From the NCBI GenBank assembly GCA_002633005.1, contig NMRA01000277.1, forward strand, positions 186,001-250,000: a DNA stretch of 64,000 nucleotides, in the 5' to 3' direction. This stretch comes from Phoronis australis (taxonomy: Eukaryota; Animalia; Phoronida). Made by a program: the position numbers and the translations under genes. This document shows positions 53,271 to 64,000 of this stretch, piece after piece. How positions within the stretch are numbered: position 1 is the first letter of the stretch; each line of letters begins with the position of its first letter. The notes beneath the pieces were generated by a model, which had not been told where the DNA came from, ran no database searches, and saw only the letters and a list, made by a program, of their open reading frames with translations.

Positions 53271-54643
53271 CTCTAAGAATTTAAATGGAGGCAAATCTTA
53301 ATGACTTCCTGTCTTTCTTCCTCCTTGGATGGAAGAAAAACTTGTCGGTGGGCAAAATGTTATCGAGTCTGAAAAACGTGTCAAATAACTGGTTGTAAAC
53401 CTCGATAATCTTTTCTGTGACACAATATGTTGGGATATTGTGCATGAATGTTTCCCGCCAACTGTCAGTGCTTGGTTGGGTACATTGATTTGGATGGTGG
53501 TGTAACAATGTACCTGAAATTTTGTCAAAATTTTAATTTTTATCAACTAGTGTGCCATTTTATCAGCCGAGCGGATAGGCTCAAATCAAACAGCTCTGAA
53601 AATCTTTTGAAATGACTTCACCAGCTCGTGATCTGTAATTAAATCGAATATCAAACAACTACAGCAAATCTCACATCATTTGAAGTTGGTAATCTTCACA
53701 AAATTGTGGTTGAGGTCTTTAAAATAATGTTGGCCTGTCGTGTGTGATAACCAGCGTTCGAAATACACGCTAGCCCGGGACAAGTGTCCGGGATTTGCGG
53801 CCCACAGGTAGCCAGTAAATTTTCACATATAGACCCCACGTGAATGTGGTCCCATATTCAAATGACTGGCGTGGTGGGCCAGCACATTTATTTGCTGAAA
53901 TGCGAACACTGGTGGTAACGGGAGATCACTTTTGACTTCAAAGATACACTGAACATGTACTGTGGGCTATGACTTACGTGCTAAGTTAGCCGGCCTGTGC
54001 CGGAAGTCATGAAAAATACAAGATGCAAAGGTCTTAAGGTCGATGCATATGTATTGGACCCCCATTATTTCCACGTTTTAGTTTGTCTCTTCTGGTTTGT
54101 TTGTTTATTGATTGTTTATGTTTTTATTTTCTCAATTGAAACTTTGTGGTCGATGATACAACTGAGCTTTTAAAACTAATCATTGATGAGACGATCCCGT
54201 AACTGACTTTAAGAAAAAAATTGACTGACTTGACTTCAGGCAAAAGGTAAGTGGTTTGACTTTCAAACTGGAAGGTGATTGGCAATATAACTGAAATTTG
54301 TACATGGGCAGGTAACTTTCAACCCCGAAGCGAAATTTGAGACTTCGAAAATACTCTCAGTGTGCCGAATGAACAAAGGTCTCCATCCCGATCTCTTCGC
54401 GAGTTGTCGTAGTCTCGATCTTCCTCTCGGCTCTGAACGTTGCGCTTGTGCGATGCTTTATCAAAAGGCTAATTGTTCACCAATTTGAAAGGCACAAGAC
54501 TTGACGCATGAGTGACCGAGATTTGTCCATGAACATGTTACGTTCACCTCATTTTCACGAAAGACGTCGTTCTAGTCGGCTAGCGACTGGTGCGGAACTG
54601 CTGGCTTAGGTAGTACACGACGTTCACCTCTGAAGAGACGTTA

Positions 54644-54738
54644 AGTGTCAGGTAACGCAACCGTACGTGTCCTTATGGAGTAGAACTACTCGATCTAAAT
54701 TGATACGAATTAGGTTGTTTTTTGGGTGGCATTCTCCT
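54644..54738 (+). mobile_element. Third right-end fragment of the Kolobok-like family
   Basis: Aligns to ~26335-26429; ends ggtggcattctcct|TTAA. Confidence 0.7.
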
Positions 54739-56520
54739 TTAAGTCGAGCATTGGCAGGGAAGTGTTGGTATTGGGGTCAAAAGTGCCGATAGTGTCCTTT
54801 CTTCTTAGTCTAACTTGCTTTTCAGTAGGAGAGAAAGAATCAAAAATACAAGTGAGACTTGAGTTTCTGTGCTCATCTGTAGAGCTTGTGATGTGAAATG
54901 ACTCTAACATTTTCGTTCTTTTTGCATGCAGATTTTGACAGAGTGAAGGAAGATCGACGAGTCCATTATGTTCTGACAGGGAAACCCCGCTGAGAAGNCC
55001 TGAGCCTCAAATATCCCTCGGAGGTGTCATATATTTGCGCATGCGCGCACTCCAATCATTACAACATGCCACGATACTAACAAAATGAACCAACCCAAGG
55101 TTACCCCCTGGTACAGTATAATGGAGAATGCCGTCGAAGGCGCTGAGATACTCTTGTGGTATTAAGCATAAACAAGACGTAACTTTAAAGTACTACAACA
55201 AAGGAATTGCTAAGGATTGATGATAACGTGTCGTTTGACTTTTGAGAAACGTCATTGCTGAAACCATGACCTTAACCGTATTATTACCAAATCATTTTGT
55301 TAAAAGCTTACGAGTGATAATAGAAGGCTACGAAAATACCCGAGGGATTTTGGGTGACACAACAAAATAATGGTCAAATGATTTCGCCAAAAACATCGTA
55401 TTTAGAAAATGGGCACGCACGGAGAGACGCTTGGTAACCGTTCGTGATATCGGGTTGACTGAAAATGGCAGATTGTAACAAGATCCACCACACAGTCTCG
55501 TTTAGTCGAAGTTTGTTGCAAAAACGGTACTTTAAACTACATTTATACCTGTAGATACATGTACTTACGTTGCAGTTACCACGGTTGTGATTGCCAACAG
55601 AGCAAACAAAAGCATAACGTTCTTCATGGTTACCTAGAAATTAAAATAGAATTTTCATGATCAGAACATACAAAAAATTTTATGACCTTACGCTATAATA
55701 GTATTGGTGAACAAAATGATCGCCAGTATACACTGTATGCTGCAAGCGTTTGTTGTTTTCGGGATAATCAGTCCAAAGGTGACGCCGTGACGGCTATTTT
55801 GTTTTAAATTCCGCTTCCCAGAAATCCAGCTCTTGGGTCTTTTCACTTCTTCTGAAACTTGTTGTGTAGATGCATGTAGGTCCAAATAAAAGGTTTACTG
55901 TATCTCGTTGGGATCAATAGTTCTCGAGTTATTTAAGATTGTCCGGTGAATGCTCTCTAATTAAGAGTTTTTGTATGCTGTCCTCCATGACTTTTGACGA
56001 ATTTGTCTGAAATTTGATATGTTGTTAGATTTCGTCAAGCCCCCTCTGCAATCATATGTTTCTCGCTCTGACTCACAATTTTCGAGATTTATTCTTCCAT
56101 TGTCTTTTCTTATTTTCTTACCCCCTTCTGCTGGTTTTGGTCTATCATATTCACGCCACAGGTCGCATTTTTCGTCTGGTCGACGTAAAATATACCCACA
56201 ATGTTTATCGCGTCTATATTTCGAGAATTTGTTACGTAAATACATGTATGTCTCGTCAGGAGCTATTTTCATTGCATTACTGGTTTCCGGCTACGACTTA
56301 CAGTTCACGGGTTATTTTCTGATTTGATACAGTTTTCATATTGAATGATTCCTCAATGCACTCTCTATGGTTTATCATTTACTGTACATCAACTGGTGTC
56401 ATAGTTGTCGTCGTTTTTGCAGTTGGTGTTCTTGGTTTCGTCGTCGACCTCAACTCATAATTTTTTCACCACAATCTCGCTCAATGTCGCTTCTCAGACC
56501 GTTCGCGTTTTCTCAGTTAA

Positions 56521-57425
56521 AGGCGAATGCAACCTTTTTTCATGTCATTTTTAGCAAAGCTAAGGTTCGTTGATTATTCCAGACATAATTTTCAATTAAT
56601 TACAGCTTTTTGTAATTTAAACAATTACTTGTCCTCTACTCCGCAAGTGACGTTTTGGGAGGCAGGAATTTTGCGCCATGTTTTCATATAGTCTGAACAC
56701 GAGAGCTGCCGAGTCAGTCATTGTTCTATCTGGGTTGTGATAAGTTTCATTGTCGTTTGCTTTTGTTTACGATTCAGTCAACATGCCACACTGTTAGCCT
56801 ACTGCGTACAGGGATGTACTCGTTATCGTCTCACGTACAGAGGAAGAACTGTATCATTTGCCCGAGTGTACCGCGACACACTTCCACTGGATAGTGACCT
56901 GAGCACACAAACTGCTCACATCCCGCCGTGTGACTCACTCGCCACACACCTGGCACCTTCTAAATAGCTCCAATACTTTAGACAAGTCCACAATAAACTT
57001 ATCAAAGTTTGGCTCACCGATCTGTTCATTGAACGACGAGCTGTCGTTTTCACTGGAGGTTGAATTAGGCCTGTATTCACTCTCACTACTCAAAAGCGCA
57101 GCAGGGCTGCTTACAGGCTCCTTGCGATAATGAGTACATCCTGGTACGCAGCAACAGTTTGGCATGTTGGCTGACTCGTCAACAAAAGCAAACGACGACC
57201 GAACTTAACACAACCGAGGTAGATTAATGACTGACTAGACAGCTCTCACAGTAAGACTATACATGTATGAAAAGAAATTGGCGCGAAATTCTTTCCATCA
57301 CTTCCGGAGAAGAGAACGAATAATTAATTAAATTACGAAAAGCTGTAATAATGTTAAAATATATCTGGGATAATCAACGAGTCTCAGTTTTGCTAAAATT
57401 GACATGAAAAGGGTTCCCTTCGCCT
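56521..57425. mobile_element. Kolobok-like element composed of two inverted 5' ends
   Basis: TTAA|aggcgaa...ttcgcct|TTTA; ~310-bp diverged inverted arms, each ending in a THAP start; the minus arm continues with KFIVDLSKVLELFRRCQVCG and, after a frameshift, VTIQWKCVAVHSG. Confidence 0.75.
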
Positions 57426-58018
57426 TTTAGGAGTAATTTTGCAATTAGTTTCAGAAAATAGCGGATTCTTGCATTTGTCTTCCTGCTCATAGTAATAGCT
57501 TCACAAAAGGGAATTGCAAATGAAAAAATATGGAATACCACGACATGAATTTGTCATTTCCATTAAGTACTCCCTTAGATCGACTCATTACCCACAAGAC
57601 TAAACAGCTCATTTCCATATTTTAAGGTGCTTATAGCACACGTCTTGAGTCCCTTTCCCACTAGAGGCGAAACTTCGCTTTTACCAAAGTTTCGGTTAGT
57701 GGGAAAGGTTAAAGTCCTTGTCTCACGCGTTGTTAACCCTTATTACATGGTTAGAAGATGTTATAAGGATCCAAGAAGTACCTACCCCATAACTAATACA
57801 CGATCCGTACTCGAAAACAGTTTAAATGAATGCGCCACTCACGATTCGCACCCGAAGGAACACCGCCATTTTGAACTTGCCGCGAACCCGGAAGTACAAT
57901 TCATTCAGGAACCCAGTCCGAGAAAACGCCGTCAGTGCGACTCGAGCAGTGCCTGTACTGTTACCAGCCAGCAAACGGGGATAAAATGATCGACAGCGCG
58001 CCTTAATTTTAATAAAAT

Positions 58019-58648
58019 NNNNNNNNNNNNNNNNNNNNNNNNNNNNNNNNNNNNNNNNNNNNNNNNNNNNNNNNNNNNNNNNNNNNNNNNNNNNNNNNNN
58101 NNNNNNNNNNNNNNNNNNNNNNNNNNNNNNNNNNNNNNNNNNNNNNNNNNNNNNNNNNNNNNNNNNNNNNNNNNNNNNNNNNNNNNNNNNNNNNNNNNNN
58201 NNNNNNNNNNNNNNNNNNNNNNNNNNNNNNNNNNNNNNNNNNNNNNNNNNNNNNNNNNNNNNNNNNNNNNNNNNNNNNNNNNNNNNNNNNNNNNNNNNNN
58301 NNNNNNNNNNNNNNNNNNNNNNNNNNNNNNNNNNNNNNNNNNNNNNNNNNNNNNNNNNNNNNNNNNNNNNNNNNNNNNNNNNNNNNNNNNNNNNNNNNNN
58401 NNNNNNNNNNNNNNNNNNNNNNNNNNNNNNNNNNNNNNNNNNNNNNNNNNNNNNNNNNNNNNNNNNNNNNNNNNNNNNNNNNNNNNNNNNNNNNNNNNNN
58501 NNNNNNNNNNNNNNNNNNNNNNNNNNNNNNNNNNNNNNNNNNNNNNNNNNNNNNNNNNNNNNNNNNNNNNNNNNNNNNNNNNNNNNNNNNNNNNNNNNNN
58601 NNNNNNNNNNNNNNNNNNNNNNNNNNNNNNNNNNNNNNNNNNNNNNNN
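58019..58648. other. Assembly gap
   Basis: Run of N. Confidence 1.
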
Positions 58649-60429
58649 CTCGTAACTCATCCCGCTGTCCTCCAATATGGCCGACGCGATCCAAACAAAG
58701 TGACCCAAATTTCGCCACAAAACTTGCAATAACTTTACAGTGCTTGCCCCGATTTTGATACTTTTTCGATTTTTACTGAGTAGAATGTACTACCTTTCCG
58801 ATGATAGCAAAGTACTTTTTCAAAACGAGGAAAAAAATAAAACTGAAAAAATAGGTTCGACCCATATTGGTTCCTAGGTTCGACCGGCCTACGTAAGGAA
58901 CTAAACACCAATACTCACATACTAAGTACGCGTAACATTCCAAAAAAAATCAACGACCACTAACTACAAACTATAAATACACTACATGGTGCAAACGAAT
59001 CACGATATATTACTAATAAAACAATATAATGAAGACTTTTCGAGCAAGCCATAGCACATTCAGTTACAAGGAAAAAATGGCGGCTTTCAGGACAAGTTCC
59101 TGAACTGATGAGCCGGAATTGTGGGTACGGAAATAACCGATGACAACCGGTAATCATACGCTCAGAGAAAAGGGTCAAATACAGTTGAAAAATCGCTTTT
59201 GGCAAGAAAGGCGATAAGAATGTAAAGAAAGGGTGTCGAAAATAAGATTTTATGTAGTAAGTATTTTCGGATACTAGAACCACAGTCTGGTGGTTAATCA
59301 GCCAGCGAAGTTTCGCTGAAAATAGTAGGATGTAAAAGCGAAGCTTCTGTGAACGCATGTAGTTGGAACAGTTGAAGCGAAGCCATTTTGCTCGACAAAC
59401 AACACGGTGTCGGGTTAAACTTTGTGTTTGTTTGGCAACATTTCGCACAGTATAAGAGTCCGTGAACACAGCGTGTATGACTAACATTAACGATTTTAAG
59501 TCAAGACACCTCTAGATTATTGTTGCGTGTCATAACAGTGGTAGGGATTATTTGAATCTCACTTGTTCGTTAGCAGATGTAGAAGTCAATATAAATGACA
59601 AAACCACATGTAATACAGTCAAAACTTACCAACTTGTCAAAACGTTCAGTGTCGATCTATTGGTCTGTCGAAGGATATGGTCCTCATTTATAGAGTCTGA
59701 GCTGAACCGAACATCCGAGGACTGACGCTTATCATCAATCAAATTTAGCAGCTTATTGTTCGCATTTGCATTTCTGACGGAGAAGACAATTTTCACGCGC
59801 ATAATGTATTAGAAACATATGTGTACATTGTAAAAATTAACCTTAGGTTTTGAACACATGAATTACACTTTTAGGTCTAAACATATTTAGTTTTTTGTTT
59901 AAATTCTAAATATTTGAAGCAGCAGCGCGCAGTTTTTCTAACCGTGTTCTGATTTAAACTGTTTATGAAACATCTAAACTCATTCTGGCTTAGTTTCTCT
60001 CAGAACTTAAACGGCAAAACATTATCGACTAAAATCTAAGCTGCTTCTTTCTTAACATAAGGTTTTGAACAGTTTAAACGATTAGGCCTACTAAAGAAAA
60101 CAATAACTGCACATACATGTCTCCGTCGAAGACAGGGTGGTGGAATTTTCAGTTTGTCAGTCAAATTAACATACGTGCAACCAGGGGAGTCAAAAGGGCC
60201 GTAGGACACCCCTAGTGGAAGCACCCCTTCAGAACCAAGAATCAAAAAAACGCCACTAGAGGACCAAAACCGCTCTACCAGATGCACGTGTCTTCCGATT
60301 TTGTTTCACGCTCTTTCACCCGACGATCCTTTTTTGAAATTTGACCCTCCCTCTAAAAAGCAGAATGAGCGCCTGACTAATGCACATTTTATTAAGCTAG
60401 GTCAGGGTGGGCTACTGTAGGTCTACCCA

Positions 60430-62245
60430 AACGTGAATTCATACATGTATACGTACCTGAGACAAAATGGTCAAAAGTTAGCCGTCGTGTACGGCAGAAA
60501 TCTGAAAATACCTAAGCGAGGTAGCTTACGCGGCAAAAATCGCATGATACCTACCCGATGTACGGAAGAAATCGCAAAATCATTCCTACCCGAATTTTCA
60601 AAAGAACACCTCTTAAACAGTGCCTAAGGGAGCTCTTTCTTAAGACAAATTACACTTTTCAAACTTTGTCATCGTTTTTAAAAGCGCCGCCCTCGAAATA
60701 TGGTAACTACAAAAATGGATCAAAACAAAATGAAATCGGTTCTGTTGCTGTATAGGGTCCTTAAAAAGACCCTATTTGCGCTGTGTCTGGTAAGAATATG
60801 TGACAGGCTTCTTCAAATTAATATTGCCTTCGAATGTACTTAACGTGACCGGTATTTCTTATCCGTTTCTGGGACCTGTTACGGAGAAAGAAATATTTCC
60901 ATCTGGTGCCAAGACTACTCAAACAAAAACCTGTCTGTGTTCTACGGAAACTTCTTCAGCAGTTTGTGAGTTTTGGTGAGTTGCATTGCAAAAGAAAAAA
61001 AAACCGTCACAAGAGTTGTCAACTTCTTGTTTGTAGTCCAAAGTCTGTTTTTATAAGCAATCCAACACAAAACGTTTTGGTTATACCTGAATGCTTGCAT
61101 CAATAAAGCGCTCCGTATTCTAAACATAGAGAGATATCACGCCCATATACATAATTATGCAATTCCAAGTTAAAATTCTGAAAGAGCACCCATATTTTCC
61201 GAAAGAACGCCTTGGAGAAGCCCAGGGGTGCTCTTTCGGCAATATACAGGTAGTACACGCTGTAAAGTGTGACTTTCCGAAAGAGCGCCCACTCGAGGAC
61301 GCTCTTTCGGATGTTCCCGGTACCCAAAATGACGGCAAAAATTGTAAAATATCCACCTGGACGTGTGTCAAAAATCGCTAAAATTTACCTACCCGACTGT
61401 ACAGCAAAAATTGTAAAATACCTACATGTGTATACGAAATAAGCAAAAAATTGCAAAATACCTACCCGCAGCATTGCAAAAACCCGAGGGTTCTCCCATT
61501 GGCCAACACTTGTTTTAGCCGATTTTGGTACAGATATGGTTACCGGAAAAGACTGCAGAATGGACCACCATAAAAACGCCCATTTGCGTTTATTCCGAAG
61601 GTTTTCAGAACAGACATCCATGGGCGTTTATTTGGTGGTACAACTTTGGGTTTCAAGTGTGTAGATACAGCTTAGGGTTGTTCATTCGGAACATTTCCAT
61701 TCAGCTTCAACCTGTAGTCACTAATTCTGCTTTATCTGGCATATATCATTATACTTCGAAAAGAAAAACAACAAAGCCTTAACGAACTGGGTATTTATTG
61801 GCGACTTGAAATTGAAAAAACACATTTTATATCAAAAATCGTGAATTCAGTGATCAATTTTTTACTTTCTCAAGTCATAGCCGTACACATGTACAGGTAC
61901 GTGTACGTGTACATGTACAGTAGCTAGCCGAAGTTATGAATTTTGCACGCCCCTTTCCGATTAGTAGGTGTTACTGAAAAGACCTGAAAAATGCCGTTTT
62001 CCGAATACACGCTTTGGGCTTATCTGCAGAAATTCCCGGTATGAATTTCGCTGACTTTGATAAAAATGGTTTTTGTTTTGCAAATTTTGGTGTCGATATG
62101 GTTATGAATTTCACTGATTTGGGTAAAAATTGATCTTTTGGTTTTCATATGGGTACCATTTTGACGTTTCGGAGGTATTGAAATGGGTCTAGTTTTTGAC
62201 CTCATGATGGGACAATACCCATTTTTCGGATGAACCCCCACCTGC
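60430..62245. repeat. Clusters of ~30-bp degenerate tandem subrepeats (non-autonomous Helitron/Helentron-like)
   Basis: Units like ggcaaaaattg.aaaatacctacc at 60480-60600 and 61330-61480; a related reverse-oriented array (ggtatgaatttc.ctga) at 62040-62140. Family assignment is inference. Confidence 0.45.
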
Positions 62246-62525
62246 AAAAATAACAAAATACCTACACGTACCTGTAGCAGAGGCAGCGGCGGCATAGATC
62301 AAGTGTGGGGGCAACTGTGTGACGAACATGGGTGTGTTGAGGTTCAATTTTCACGCACCCGTGCCTTTTAAAGCAACATCCTATCAGTATTTACGAGACA
62401 TAACTTAAAGTTTCCATTTAAAAGTTTTAATAAAATCGGGTGATGTGTTATTTTACTATGAATGTACCTTTGTTGCACAAAGGACTTAAACACGTTGTCA
62501 CGTGAAAAGATTAAAGACTTGATTG

Positions 62526-62871
62526 CAGTGGCGGATTTNNNNNNNNNNNNNNNNNNNNNNNNNNNNNNNNNNNNNNNNNNNNNNNNNNNNNNNNNNNNNN
62601 NNNNNCCCCTAAAATTCTACCAGATACAATTTGGCAGTACTTGTGCGACTTGCTGACTAGCACATGCGCGGAACTAGGGGGGCTCGCTCGGGGGTGAATA
62701 AACAATTCACAGGTCCATCAAAGCCCGTTTACCGGTTTTTCTAGTCAAAAGGTCCGCAAACCCAAAATTCCAGACCTCTGCATCTCTACATTTTAGGCTG
62801 GGCGCAAAATTATTTATATTCCTGTGCCCTTCCCCCCTCAAAATCAACTCAAAATCCTGGATCCGCCCCTG
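62526..62871. mobile_element. GC-rich hAT-like MITE (contains N gap)
   Basis: cagtggcggattt...aaaatcctggatccgcccctg; same family as 42128-42446. Confidence 0.65.
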
Positions 62872-63094
62872 TGCAGTATCTTCAATCTTTCTGTTTTCAG
62901 AAAATATTTACTTTCAATGGTTGACAAAATATTATTTTTAAATATCCGGCCACTTTGGATGTGGATTGGTGGATGACATGCATGCGTACACATGTGTGTG
63001 CGTTTCCATTCTTTTAAATTCAGTACACGCCTATGATAATTAAATTCACTATAGTCGGTCCTGCGTCGTTGCTCAAAAATCAGACATTTAACTA

Positions 63095-63232
63095 CATGGG
63101 CGGAGCACCATAGGGGGTTGGGTGCTATAGTCCCCACTTTTTTCAGTGCTGCGCCGCCCATGGTCTATGCCGGAGGACGGTGCACCGCAAGGGGGATATA
63201 GCCCTCACTTTTTTCAGTGCTGCTCCCCCATG
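63095..63232. mobile_element. Two adjacent ~70-bp mini-MITE copies
   Basis: catgggcggagcac...gtgctgcgccgcccatg (63095-63162) followed by a diverged copy ending gtgctgctcccccatg. Confidence 0.55.
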
Positions 63233-64000
63233 AACTACCGTATTTTCTTGCACTAAGAAAACCCCGACGAATATGCTCTTATTATTAGGGAAAAGTAGGT
63301 CTAGACTAATAAAAACTTTGGTCAACGAAGAAAGTCTTTTGTCAATCAGTGCCGATGGCGCACAGCCTCGCAGACGTCATACAAGCAAAAAAACTTGATG
63401 GAAAAGATTTCCAAGGTTACATGTCACTATTCCGAATGCTCACCACTCCGAAGTTACTTCGAAGGTTCGCTACCTTCAAAGTTCATTCTACATATACTTC
63501 GAATGTCCACAATTCGAAACCAACACTCCGACAGTTCATTACTCTGCCTTGTCTTCTAACAAGGCGGAACTGACATGAGAAAAGAATTGTATTTGTGCCC
63601 ATTTAGTAACTATTTAAAGGGTGGACAGACGTTGAATAGTTCTTAAAACATTGATTACATTGATTACAAATGAGCTCAGTTCCAATCACTGCCAATCGTG
63701 AATCTTCAATTATAACTAACGACTCATTCAGTCTCAAGCAAAGACAACATCAGGTCAGGACTTCAGCGACCAACAGCGGTTGTTTTAAATTGAAGACGAC
63801 TGAATGGGACTCTCCGACTTCGTGAAGACTGGCAGGGAAAGGGTAGCCTACTAACTACATTTAGTTTCGACCCGGCCATGCCCGTGGTTCCCATGGGTGA
63901 GTTTGAGGGGCATCAGCCCTAAACTAGCTCAGTCACGCTGTGAAATGATGCAACTTTGCATGGATTTGATAAATGGTTTATAATTCATCAATATTCCTAT

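Noticed and set aside
57822-58729. Long ORFs of 298 and 265 aa
   Set aside because: They are open only because they cross the N gap.
60430-61480. CRISPR-like array
   Set aside because: Eukaryotic context, degenerate units, no unique spacers, no cas genes.

Overview
Eukaryotic (animal, probably marine invertebrate; inferred from spliceosomal introns, the AT-rich background and the transposon spectrum) draft-assembly window dominated by transposable elements. It contains: (1) a decayed multi-exon AcademH/DUF6589-type transposase gene with an inserted PHD finger (minus, ~382-9716), split by a structurally complete Mag-type Ty3/gypsy LTR retrotransposon (3287-8753; 163-bp LTRs, ATCAC TSD, tRNA-Ser PBS); (2) several THAP-bearing DNA-transposon relics, including a P-superfamily-like element with a 7-bp TSD (13763-18050) and TTAA-flanked Kolobok-like elements; (3) two apparently intact spliced host genes, an atypical protein kinase (+, 33433-35741, 3 exons) and a UDP-glycosyltransferase (-, 40557-45449, 2 coding exons); (4) MITEs/foldbacks, tRNA-derived SINE heads and LINE fragments. 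The most intriguing signals are a window-wide excess of TACATGTA that appears to arise as TA->TACATGTA insertions (candidate transposon excision footprints), a Kolobok-like element built from two head-to-head 5' ends, and a possible THAP-AcademH-PHD architecture. All family calls are from motif recognition by eye; no database searches were run.
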